From NCBI RefSeq assembly GCF_032444005.1, contig NC_091284.1, forward strand, positions 841,216,001 to 841,280,000: DNA of 64,000 bases, read 5' to 3'. Positions 36,804 through 49,000 of the stretch are shown here, one piece after another. Position 1 is the first letter of the stretch; each line of letters starts with the position of its first letter. The notes beneath the pieces were generated by a model. That model made no database searches and was not told where the DNA came from. It saw nothing but the letters and a program-made list of their open reading frames with translations. The stretch is from Ranitomeya imitator (lineage: Eukaryota). A program made the translations under genes and the position numbers.

Positions 36804-39800
36804 GTTGCCTGACACCCCTCCCCAATCTACTAATAAGGGTAACGTTAACCCTGATGATGATGATGATGGGAAATTGCATGTGTTACCTGACCATGCTTTA
36901 TCTTGTAATGATGCATCTAATAACCATTTTTTCCCTAGGATTGATGGTGAAAATGTTGTACCTGTGCCAGCTGAACCTGATAATGATTTTTCTGTGAAGG
37001 TTAATGTGTCCATAGGTACAGGCGTGCCCAGCCACGTCGCTCTGCGGAGTGAGACGGCTGAGGAACCCCTAACAGGGGCAAGTGTCGGTGCTACAGGAAA
37101 TGGGGAGATGCATGGGAACCGTGAGAAAGGTGACGCCATGCAATTGACCAGTGCCACCAAGGAAGGTAACTGGCGCATAAATAGCACTGCCCCTGGAGTG
37201 TTGGGGGTGGATGGGGAGGTAGAGCCCATAGCAGCGCCGGCTGATGGGTCTGTAGAAACCCCCGGGGAGACAGCCTACGTAGCTGCTGTCACCCGCAGTC
37301 AGAGTGCCCGGAACGCAGATAACTGTCTGCCTTCCGGACCCTCCTCAGTCATCATTGTGACTGAACCAGAGATGGACCCAGAGCAGGTCCCAGAGGGTTC
37401 CCGTGGGGAAGGGACCTTGACTTCCTTCTGGCTTCCCCTAGCCAGGAGTTTCAGGCCGCTCTGCGTACAGATGCGAGCCTAGAGAGTTTGAGACAACTTG
37501 CCTTGACGCACTTCTCCGAGACTGATAAGGAGAAGGTGTTCTGGGAACGAGGAAGGTTGTACCGGGAGACAGTACCCGGAGAATCACAAAAGGAGTGGTT
37601 GAGGGAAAGAAAGCTGGTCGTCCCGCAGCAATTCCGGGGTGAGTTGTTACGGATTGCCCATGAGATCCAGCTAGCTGGACACTTGGGAATCAGCAAAACT
37701 AAGGCGCGGCTGTCTCAACACTTCTATTGGCCTAAGATGGGGACAGATGTGTCAAACTACTGCCGCTCCTGTATCACCTGTCAAAGAGTGGGAAAGGCGG
37801 GGGCCTGCTCTTAAGGCTCCCCTGATCCTTTTGCCAGTGATAGAGGAGCCTTTCCAGAGGATCGCGGTGGACATTGTGGGCCCGCTGGCCGTCTCCAGCA
37901 GCTCTGGAAAGCAATACATCCTTACTGTGGTAGACTACGCTACCCGGTACCCAGAGGCAGTAGCTCTGTCGTCAGCTAGGGCAGATAAGGTGGCGGATGC
38001 CCTGTCGGCCATCTTTTCATGTGTAGGATTTCCCAGGGAGATGCTTACTGATCAAGGGACCCAATTTATGTTTCGCCTAATGGAGGCTCTCTGTAAGAGA
38101 ATGCAGGTGAAGCACCTGTTATCGAGTGCGTATCACCCACAGACCAATGGCTTGTGTGAACGCTTCAATGGTACCCTCAAACAGATGCTACGCATGCTGG
38201 TTGAGACTCAAGGGCGCGACTGGGAGCGGTACCTCCCACACCTGCTGTTCGCTTACCGAGAGGTTCCGCAGGCCTCGACGGGGTTCTCCCCCTTCGAGCT
38301 CCTGTACGGCAGGCGAGTCTGGGGACCCCTTGGGTTGGTAAGAGAATCCTGGGAAGAGGAGCCGAACCCTTCTGAAGTGTCCATAGTGGAGTATGTCATG
38401 CGCTTCCGTGACAAGATGCAGACCTTGACGCAGTTGGTGCATGACAACATGACGCAGGCTCAGGCTGACCAGAAGCACTGGTACGACCAGAACGCCCGGG
38501 AGCGGACCTACCACGTGGGTCAAAAGGTGTGGGTGCTGGTCCCCATACCAAAGGATAAGCTTCAGGCAGCCTGGGAGGGCCCGTACGTCGTCCACCAACA
38601 GCTCAACCCGGTCACCTGCGTGGTCACGCTTGACCACGCTCGGGGTAGGCGAAAGGCCTTTCACGTCAACATGATGAAGGCTCATCACGAACGTGAACCT
38701 TTCGTCCTACTTGTCTGCAGCTTACCCGAAGATGGGGAGGAAGACACCCTCCTGGACATGCTGGCCCAAGCCAAGGCTGGTGGGTCCATGGAGGACGTGG
38801 AGGTAAGCGCCTCGTTAACTGAACCCCAGCGGTTGCAGTTGCAAACCACACTGGAATCCTTTCGGGTCATGTTCTCCAACCAACCTGGGAGGACTGAGTT
38901 AGCAGTCCACGAGTTGGACACCGGGAATCACGCCCCACTACGGCGAGCACCCTATCGAATCTCCGACCAGGTGCAACAGTTATGCGCCAGGAGATCAATG
39001 AGATGCTACAGCTGGGGGTGATTCGACGGTCAAAGAGTGCATGGGCCTCACCTGTAGTTCTCGTGCCAAAGAAAGACCGGTCCACCCGGTTCTGCGTGGA
39101 CTACAGGGGGCTCAACGCCATCACAGCCTCTGACGCGCACCCAATGCCGCGCATCGAGGAGCTGCTTGAGAGGCAAGCTGGCGCAAAATACCTGACAATA
39201 ATGGATCTGAGTCGAGGATACTGGCAGATTCCCCTGAGCCCCGAGGCGCAGGAGAAGTCTGCCTTTATCACACCCTTTGGACTGTACGAGTCCACGGTCA
39301 TGCCCTTCAGCATGAAGAATGCCCCTGCCACTTTCCAGCAGATGGTCAACCTCCTGCTTCAGGGACTGGAGAAGTACGCAGTGGCGTACTTGGATGACAT
39401 TGCCATCTTCAGTCCCTCCTGGGAGGAACACCTGCAGCATCTCGAGGAGGTGCTCAGGCGAATTCACCAAGCAGAACTGACTATCAAGCCGGGAAAGTGA
39501 CAGATGGGCATGAGGGAGGTCCACTACCTGGGGCACCGGGTAGGTGCGGGCACCCTAAAGCCAGAGCCTGAGAAAGTGGGAGTGATCGTGAACTGGCCCA
39601 CCCCCAGGACCAAGAAATAGAGGTGATTCAGAAGCGGTCCCGTATTTATTCTGCCACTGCAACGTTTCGGTCCGTGGACCTTTTTCAAGCACAGACCGAA
39701 ACATTGCAGATGGCAGAATAAATACGGGAGCTGTTTTTTCACAATTGCTGTGGTGCTGTCCTTCTCTTCATGCACTTCTGAATTTACCTACTGGGATGGA

Positions 39801-40460
39801 TCCCCTGGTGAGGACGTACACTCTGCTGTCCATAGAGACGTTGCCATTGTAGGGTGCGGCTTTACTATTAATATTTGAAACAAGAAATAGGTGATGTCCT
39901 TCCTGGGCACTGCAGGGTACTATAGGCGCTTCGTACAGCACTACAGTAGCATGGCAAATCCCTTGACGGACCTCACCAGGCAGAAGCTACCCCACATCGT
40001 CAACTGGACCGATGGCTGTGAGGGGGCCTTCCAGGCGTTGAAAACAGCACTGTGCAATGCCCCTGTGTTGAAAGCAGTCGACAGCAGTCGACCGTTCTTG
40101 GTGCAGACCGACGCCAGCGAGTTTGGCCTTGGTGCTGTGCTCAGCCAGGTTGACTCGGAGGACCAAGAGCACCCCGTGTTATACCTGAGCCGGAAACTTT
40201 TGCCGAGGGAAGTGGCCTACTCCACCATCGAGAAGGAGTGCCTGGCCATAGTCTGGGCCCTGCAGCGCTTGCAGCCCTACTTGTACAGTCGCACCTTCAC
40301 TGTAGTGACCGACCACCACCCTCTGCGCTGGCTAAACGCCATGTGTGGAACCAACGGCAAGTTGCTACGCTGGAGCCTTGCCCTTCAGCAGTTTGACTTC
40401 ACCATTGAACACAATGGGCAGGGAGCATGGCAATGCAGATGGACTGTCCCACCAGGGTGA
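36804..40460 (+). pseudogene. Element B pol: integrase, then RT, then RNase H; frameshifted and interrupted
   Basis: IN zinc finger (AHE..LAGHLG...CRSCITC), core (AVDIVGP...TDQGTQF...NGLCERFN), WEGPY, then RT (FCVDYRGLN...YLDDIAIF), then RH (QTDASEFGLGAVL). Confidence 0.93.
39621..39880. mobile_element. Penelope-like pLTR fragment with an inverted 5' segment and a hammerhead-like motif
   Basis: 10-bp TSD CAAGAAATAG. 39638-39671 is inverted relative to 39694-39728. Minus strand reads TTGAAAA-AGGTCCACGGACC-GAAACGTT. Confidence 0.7.
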
Positions 40461-43002
40461 ACCTACTGAGGTGCGCATGGAGGCATACCGGGGGGTTCTG
40501 CCTCCGTAGCGCACACCAAAAGGGGGAGGTGTCATGATATTGTATGAAATATCATATAAGTTTAGTTTCTCTTGTTAGCCCAGGCTGTGGGCTAAAACCC
40601 CCTTCCCTTTCACTCAGGCAAGAGCTTGCCTTGTCAATTTATGTGGGGGAGTTATATTGAAGAAAGGTATTTACGACTGGCATAGCTGCAGTTGTACCAG
40701 CTGAAACTGGTCGGAATCCCCCTTTGAAAAACCTGAGGGTCTTTGTTCTAATATGATAAGATATTGGGCCAACAACTTGGGCTAGGAGAATATTGAATAC
40801 ATATTGTTAACATCCATCGGCGGATCTGTCAGCCGCTGTAAACATGAGCTTCTAACTCCATCAGGTAAAAAGTAGGGATTTCTCTGTAATTATGCATCAC
40901 AAATAGGACATATTTGATCTCATTAGAATGCCAATGTTAATACGAGATGAATGCTGGGTTTGATATGACTATGACATGTTCTGTAGCGGAGTTACAGGCA
41001 TTAGACAAATTTAGGTTAAATTTAGATTAAGCTGAAGAGATAGGAGGGTCTGGGAAAACCAGCTCTTTTTGTGATGTCATCAGGTTGAGCTATAAGTCTG
41101 CCAGGCACCCAAGCCTGCGGCTGTCTGTCTGCTGGAGCCTATGTGAGTCTGACTTGAAGAGCTGTTCCTAACCAGAGTCCTGATGCACTGGGACAGATGG
41201 AAACTCCACCACTAGCCTGGTTGACTCACATGATCTGAACACATGTAAGTGTTATTTCTCATTTAACCCCTGTTATTTTTATAATTTCCTTGTACATATT
41301 TTCAATTGTCTCATATTGTAACATCTTTATATAACTGTTTATAAACACTGCCTTAAACCTTTTATGGAGTATAATATTTAGTATACTAGATCCGTTCTTC
41401 CTGTTCTAAAACGTACCCTAAGTCTTCTGAAGGGAATTACGCTACTGTTTTGGGTTAGCTTCGGACCCGTTTAAACGAAGCTGGTGGCAGCATATCATGT
41501 GCGGGCGGGTGTGGGTGTCATTGTAGCGACTGCGGCGTTGATAATTATTGTTCCTGCCTGAGTGGGAGTAGTCAAATCGCAGCGTGCCCAATAGCCAGTA
41601 CATAGCAGGCAGCCTTTCTGGTGACTCATTACCCTAGGTGCAGTACCTAATCTGACCTGAGAGTAAGAGGGGCGCCAGAGAGCTGCAAGTTTCAAGTGGA
41701 ACTGTAAGTGGGATATACATAAATCCCTGCAGTTCGTGGTATATTGAAGAGCAGTGGGATACCTAAAATAAGCCCCTGTAGTAAACTATAGGTCAATAAC
41801 ATTGTGTGTTTTTTCATCACATTGTGGAGTGGAGGGATAACTAAGATAAGCCCCCCTGCACATGTGATAGTCGTCTGTTGGCCTAAAGTCACCCCGATCT
41901 GTGACGTGGGGGTGACGGTCACGGTGGAATCGTGACATGTCCTCTGAAGTGAATTACGCTACTATTCTGGGTTGGCTCTGAACCCGTTAATAATTACGAA
42001 ATCGGAGCTGGTGGCAGTGGATTTGTCCTGTGCGTTTGGGAGGCTTTGTTGCGACTGGCGGCATTGATAATTATTGTTCCCGCCTGAATGGGAGTAGTTA
42101 TATCGCCCTCGCTGCAGGGTGCCCATTAGCCAGTACATAGCAGGCAGCCTTTCTGGCAACTAATTACCCTAGGTGCAGTACCCTGTCTGACCTGAGGGTA
42201 AGGGGGTGCCAGAGAGCTGCAAGTTCTAAACCGGAACTGGGAAGTGGGATATAGATAAATCCCCTTCAGAAAGAACCAGGGGCAACCAAACAACCCCGGT
42301 TCATGACGAATTGGTGTGAGGGGTGGGGATGATAGCGGTATCCTCCCCGGGATCCCTGACATATTGGGATTCGTGACACTGGCCAGGATTTGAGAGGAGA
42401 CTGCAGAGAAGCATACGTGTCCCCCTTTATCGCGGACATATATTGGGGCTGTTAATGCCGCAGCGCACAGCTTTATATACCGTATATGTTTTATATACAG
42501 AATTGGCTTCTTATGTCCCAGCTTTTTGTCGCCATGTTCTAGTGCTCTGGAGCCCAATCTCGGCTCTGCATGGACTCAGCACCGGACACCAGCGGCGTCT
42601 GCAGAATCCCGCACTGGTCGTTTCATCTGCGACTTTCTACAACGCGATCTAATTACAGCTGTGAATGCTCCTGACCATCGCTGCTGCCCGTCACCTCCAT
42701 CCTGGCCTGTGCTGCCGACGTCCATGTGACTCACAACGTGCTGCCGAGGCCTCCGGCACAGCTGGGTCATTTTCTCTGTAGATTCATTATGTTGTGACCA
42801 CAATAACAGTCATTGGAAACTTCTCAGCCATCCTGTCATGTGACCACAGTCGCCCTGAACTGTCACCTGAATAGCGACGGTTAGCTGCCGTGCATTGTGG
42901 GTGATGCTGGCTGTGCGGGACATCAGTACAAATGTCAGACGTGACCTACTTTACATTATGGCGGAAAAGACTAATGAAACACAACTCACTGCCGCTATGA
43001 TT

Positions 43003-43351
43003 ACGTGACTTCTCCAGGTATATGATGACACCAGTAGTGATCCGGTGTGGTGCGGGCACGTGAGTCTCCAGGTATATGATAACATCAGTAGTGATCCGGA
43101 GTGGTGCGGTCACGTCAGTCTCCAGGTGTATGATGACACCAGTAGTGATCCGGTGTGGTGCGGTCACGTGAGTCTCCAGGTGTATGATGACACCAGTAGT
43201 GATCCGGTGTGGTGCGGTCACGTGAGTCTCCAGGTATATGATGACACCAGTAGTGATCCGGTGTTGTGCGGTCACGTGAGTCTCCAGGTATATGATGACA
43301 CTAGTAGTGATCTGGTGTGGTGCGGTCACGTGAGTCTCCAGGTATATGATG
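43003..43351. repeat. 54-bp CpG-rich satellite, left part
   Basis: Unit CCAGGTATATGATGACACCAGTAGTGATCCGGTGTGGTGCGGTCACGTGAGTCT; continues at 57031. Confidence 0.95.
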
Positions 43352-45151
43352 TGTTATGGACCTGGTGGTTAGGAGCACCCGGAACGACCTGATGGTTAAA
43401 CTCTCACAGGACAAGCTCTGGGAAGTGGGAACTCTGCTGACCGCAACCCCTAATCCTATCACACAACTAGAAATAGCCGTGGAGCGTACCTAACTCGGCC
43501 TAGACGCCTCTTCACAGCCTAAGAGCTAACTAGCCCTAGAAATTAGTGTTGAGCATTCCGATACCGCAAGTATCGGGTATCGGCCGATACTTGCGGTATC
43601 GGAATTCCGATACCGAGATCCGATACTTTTGTGGTATCGGGTATCGGTATCAGATACATAGAGATGTGTAAAATAAAGAATTAAAATAAAAAATATTGAT
43701 ATATTTACCTCTCCGGCGGCCCCTGGACTCAGCGTGGGTAACCGGCAGGCTTCGTTGTTCAAAATCAGCGCTTTTAGGACCTGAGAATCACGTCCCGGCT
43801 TCTGATTGGTCGCGGGCCGCCCATGTGACCGCCACGCGACCAATCACAAGCCGCGACGTCACCGCAAGCTATTAGCGCGCTCATTTTTGAAAAATGAGCG
43901 CGTTAATGACTTTCAAAGACGTAGCGGCTTGTGATTGGTCGCGGCCACGCGACCAATCACAAGCCGCGACGTCACCGCAAGCTATTAACGCGCTCATTTT
44001 TAAAAATGAGCGCGTTAATGGCTTTCAAAGACGTAGCGGCTTGTGATTGGTCGCGTGGCCGCGACCAATCACAAGCCGCGACGTCACCGCAAGCTATTAA
44101 CGCGCTCATTTTTAAAAATGAGCGCGTTAATGGCTTTCAAAGACGTAGCGGCTTGTGATTGGTCGCGTGGCCGCGACCAATCACAAGCCGCGACGTCACC
44201 GCAAGCTATTAACGCGCTCATTTTTAAAAATGAGCGCGTTAATGGCTTTCAAAGACGTAGCTGCTTGTGATTGGTCGCGTGGCCGCGACCAATCACAAGC
44301 CGCGACGTCACCGCAAGCTATTAACGCGCTCATTTTTAAAAATGAGCGCGTTAATGACTTTCAAAGACGTAGCTGTTGTGAATTCTGTGGCTGAATTCAC
44401 TCCTGTGGTCACAAGTGGTACTGCAGCTTCTGAGCTTCCTCCCTCAGGTGTTCTGGTGAGCTCGTTAACTGCTTCATTACTTAACTCCGCCTGATGCTGC
44501 TATCCTTGCTCCTTGTCAATGTTTCAGTGTTGGATCTGAGCTTCTCCTGATTGTTCCTGTGACCTGCTGCTCTGTATAGCTAAGTGCTTTTTGCTTTTTT
44601 GTTGCTTTTTTTCTGTCCAGCTTGTCTTTTGTTTTGCTGGAAGCTCTGAGACGCAAAGGGTGTACCGCCGTGCCGTTAGTTCGGCACGGTGGGTTTTTTT
44701 TTGCCCCCTTTGCGTGGTTTTGCTTTAGGGTTTTTTGTAGACTGCAAAGTTCGCTTTACTGTCCTCGCTCTGTCCTAGAATATCGGGCCCCACTTTGCTG
44801 AATCTATTTCATCCCTACGTTTGTCTTTTCATCTTACTCACAGTCATTATATGTGGGGGGCTGCCTTTTCCTTTGGGGAATTTCTCTGGGGCAAGTCAGG
44901 CCTATTTTTCTATCTTCAGGCTAGCTAGTTTCTTAGGCTGTGCCGAGTTGCCTAGGTAGTTGTTAGGCGCAATCCACAGCCGCTTTTAGTTGTGTTTAGG
45001 ATAGGATCAGGTGTGCAGTCTACAGAGTTTCCACGTCTCAGAGCTCGTTCTTGTATTTTTGGGTATTTGTCAGATCACTGTGTGCGCTCTGATCGCTAAG
45101 CACACTGTGTTTCTGGATTGCCTTCATAACACCTGTCATTAGCAAACATAA

Positions 45152-45869
45152 AGGCCCCTTCACATTAAGCGACGCTGCAGCGATACTGACAATGATCCGG
45201 ATCGTTGCAGCGTCGCTGTTTGGTCACTGGAGAGCTGTCACACAGACCGCTCTCCAACGACCAACGATGCCGGTAACCAGGGTAAACATCGGGTAACTAA
45301 GCGCAGGGCCGCGCTTAGTAACCCGATGTTTACCCTGGTTACCATCCTAAAAGTAAAAAAAAACAAACACTAGATACTTACCTACAGCCGTCTGTCCTCC
45401 AGCGCTGTGCTCTGCACTCCTCCTGTACTGTCTGGGAGCCGGAAAGCAGAGCGGTGACATCACCGCTCTGCTTTCCGGCTCACAGCCAGTACAGGAGGAG
45501 TGCAGAGCACAGCGCTGGAGGACAGACAGCGGTAGGTAAGTATCTAGTGTTTGTTTTTTTTTACTTTTAGCATGGTAACCAGGGTAAACATCGGGTTACT
45601 AAGCGCGGCCCTGCGCTTAGTTACCCGATGTTTACCCTGGTTACCAGTGAAGACATCGCTGGATCGGTGTCACACACGCCGATCCAGCGATGTCTCCAGG
45701 GAGTCCAGCGACGAAATAAAGTTCTGGACTTTATTCAGCGACCAACGATCTCCCAGCAGGGGCCTGATCGTTGGTCGCTGTCACACATAACGATTTCATT
45801 AACGATATCGTTGCTACGTCACAAATAGCAACGATATCGTTAACAATATCGTTATGTGTGAAGGTACCT
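45152..45869. mobile_element. Harbinger-type MITE (same family as 28311-29013) at the extreme end of the 5' LTR of E
   Basis: TAA TSD, with TIRs AGGCCCCTTCACA / TGTGAAGGTACCT. It is absent from the 3' LTR (CATAACA). Confidence 0.92.
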
Positions 45870-46012
45870 TAACAGTACAAGGAGCCAACTAATGATTCTC
45901 AATAGAGGGAAAGAAAAAGTTCTGACATCATTTTTTTTTTTTTTTTCTGCTCTGTGTTCACTTTTTTTTTTTTCCCCTAGACATTTGGGTGATTCTGGAC
46001 ACAGGTGTGGAC

Positions 46013-49000
46013 ATGGATATTCAGGGTCTGTGCTCTTCAATGGATAATCTCGTTATAAATGTACAAAAAATTCAAGATACTATTGATCAGAAATCTATGT
46101 TAGAACCAAGAATTCCTATTCCTGATTTGTTTTTTGGAGATAGAACTAAGTTTCTAAGTTTCAAAAATAATTGTAAGCTATTTCTGGCCTTGAAACCTCA
46201 TTCTTCTGGTAATCCTATTCAACAGGTTTTGATTATTATTTCTTTTTTGCGCGGCGACCCTCAAGACTGGGCATTTTCTCTTGCGCCAGGAGACCCTGCA
46301 TTGAGTAGTGTCGATGCGTTTTTCCTGGCGCTCGGATTGCTGTACGATGAGCCTAATTCAGTGGATCAGGCTGAGAAAAATTTGCTGGCTTTGTGCCAGG
46401 GTCAGGATGATATAGAAGTATATTGTCAGAAATTTAGGAAATGGTCAGTACTCACTCAGTGGAATGAATCTGCGCTGGCAGCTTTGTTCAGAAAGGGTCT
46501 CTCTGAGGCTCTTAAGGATGTCATGGTGGGATTTCCTATGCCTGCTGGTTTGAATGAGTCTTTGTCTTTGGCCATTCAGATCGGTCGACGCTTGCGCGAG
46601 CGTAAATCTGTGCACCATTTGGCGGTACTGCCTGAGGTTAAACCTGAGCCTATACAGTGCGATAGGACTATGACTAGAGTTGAACGGCAGGAATACAGAC
46701 GTCTGAATGGTCTGTGTTTCTACTGTGGTGATTCCACTCATGCTATTTCTGATTGTCCTAAGCGCACTAAGCGGTCCGCTAGGTCTGCCGTTATTGGTAC
46801 TGTACAGTCCAAATTCCTTCTGTCCATTACCTTGATATGCTCTTTGTCGTCGTTTTCTGTCATGGCGTTTGTGGATTCGGGCGCTGCCCTGAATCTGATG
46901 GATTTGGATTATGCTAAACGTTGTGGGTTTTTCTTGGAGCCTTTGCGGTGTCCTATTCCATTGAGAGGAATTGATGCTACACCTTTGGCCAAGAATAAAC
47001 CTCAGTACTGGACCCAACTGACCATGTGCATGGCTCCTGCACATCAGGAAGTTATTCGCTTTCTGGTGTTGCATAATCTGCATGATGTGGTCGTGTTGGG
47101 GTTGCCATGGCTACAAACCCATAATCCAGTATTGGATTGGAATTCCATGTCGGTATCCAGCTGGGGTTGTCAGGGAGTACATGGTGATGTTCCATTTTTG
47201 TCGATTTCGTCATCCACCCCTTCTGAGGTCCCAGAGTTCTTGTCTGATTATCAGGATGTATTTGAAGAGCCCAAGTCCGATGCTCTACCTCCGCATAGGG
47301 ATTGTGATTGTGCTATCAATTTGATTCCTGGTAGTAAATTCCCTAAAGGTCGATTATTTAATTTATCCGTGCCCGAACACGCCGCTATGCGCAGTTATGT
47401 GAAGGAATCCCTGGAGAAGGGACATATTCGCCCATCGTCATCACCACTGGGAGCAGGGTTCTTTTTTGTAGCCAAGAAGGATGGTTCGCTAAGACCGTGT
47501 ATTGATTACCGCCTTCTTAATAAGATCACTGTTAAATTTCAGTATCCCTTGCCATTGTTATCTGACTTGTTTGCTCGGATTAAGGGGGCTAGTTGGTTTA
47601 CTAAGATTGATCTTCGTGGTGCGTATAATCTGGTGAGAATCAGGCAGGGAGATGAATGGAAAACGGCATTCAATACGCCCGAGGGTCATTTTGAGTATCT
47701 AGTGATGCCGTTCGGACTTGCCAATGCTCCATCTGTGTTTCAGTCTTTTATGCATGACATCTTCCGTGAGTATCTGGATAAATTCCTGATTGTTTACTTG
47801 GATGACATTTTGATCTTCTCAGATGATTGGGAGTCTCATGTGAAGCAGGTCAGAATGGTTTTTCAGGTCCTGCGTGCTAACTCTTTGTTTGTGAAGGGAT
47901 CAAAGTGTCTCTTCGGTGTGCAGAAAGTTTCATTTTTGGGGTTCATCTTTACCCCTTCTACTATCGAGATGGATCCAGCTAAGGTCCAAGCCATCCAGGA
48001 TTGGATTCAGCCGACATCTCTGAAAAGTCTGCAAAAGTTCCTGGGCTTTGCTAATTTTTATCGTCGCTTCATCTGTAATTTTTCTAGCATTGCCAAACCA
48101 TTGACCGATTTGACCAAGAAGGGTGCTGATTTGGTTAATTGGTCTTCTGCTGCTGTGGAAGCTTTTCAGGAGTTGAAGCGTCGTTTTTGTTCTGCCCCTG
48201 TGTTGTGTCAGCCAGATGTTTCTCTTCCGTTCCAGGTCGAGGTTGATGCTTCTGAGATTGGAGCAGGGGCGGTTTTGTCACAGAGAGGTTCTGATTGCTC
48301 AGTGATGAAAGCATGTGCTTTCTTTTCCAGGAAGTTTTCGCCCGCTGAGCGTAATTATGATGTGGGCAATCGAGAGTTGCTGGCCATGAAGTGGGCATTC
48401 GAGGAGTGGCGTCATTGGCTTGAAGGAGCTAAGCATCGCGTGGTGGTATTGACTGATCATAAGAACTTGACTTATCTCGAGTCTGCCAAGCGCTTGAATC
48501 CTAGACAGGCCCGTTGGTCGTTATTTTTTGCCCGCTTCGACTTTGTGATTTCGTACCTTCCGGGCTCTAAAAATGTGAAGGCGGATGCTCTGTCTAGGAG
48601 TTTTGTGCCCGACTCTCCGGGTTTATCTGAGCCAGCGGGTATCCTCAAGGAAGGAGTCATTGTGTCTGCCATCTCCCCTGATTTGCGGCGGGTGCTGCAA
48701 AAATTTCAGGCGAATAAACCTGATCGTTGTCCAGCAGAGAAACTGTTCGTCCCTGATAGGTGGACTAATAAACTTATCTCTGAACTTCATTGTTCGGTGT
48801 TGGCTGGTCATCCTGGAATCTTTGGTACCAGAGAGTTAGTGGCTAGATCCTTCTGGTGGCCATCTCTGTCACGGGATGTACGTACTTTTGTGCAGTCCTG
48901 TGGGATTTGTGCTAGGGCTAAGCCCTGCTGTTCTCGTGCCAGTGGGTTGCTTTTGCCCTTGCCAGTCCCAAAGAGGCCTTGGACACATATTTCGATGGAT

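Larger units (their letters stand above)
26499..41937 (+). mobile_element. Full-length but decayed Gmr1-like Gypsy LTR retrotransposon 'B'
   Basis: LTRs at 26499-28275 (with a CR1 insert) and 40530-41937 (about 1.4 kb each, visibly diverged). 5-bp TSD TGTCC (26494-98 / 41938-42). PPT at 40518-40529. Domain order gag-PR-IN-RT-RH. Confidence 0.95.
24030..42378 (+). mobile_element. Solo LTR 'A' (about 1.34 kb net; pieces 24030-24811, 26378-26498, 41943-42378), related to the Gmr1-like LTR; hosts nested elements
   Basis: TGTCAC...GTGACA termini and TSD CAGGC/CTGGC (1 mismatch). The 3' part is homologous to LTR B (ctgaag-gaattacgctact...gataattattgttcc...gccagtacatagcaggcagcc). Confidence 0.8.

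Noticed and set aside
42782-42880. Possible exon after TTTTCTCTGTAG with a GPCR-like TVIGN peptide
   Set aside because: Stop after 30 codons, weak donor and no further receptor motifs.
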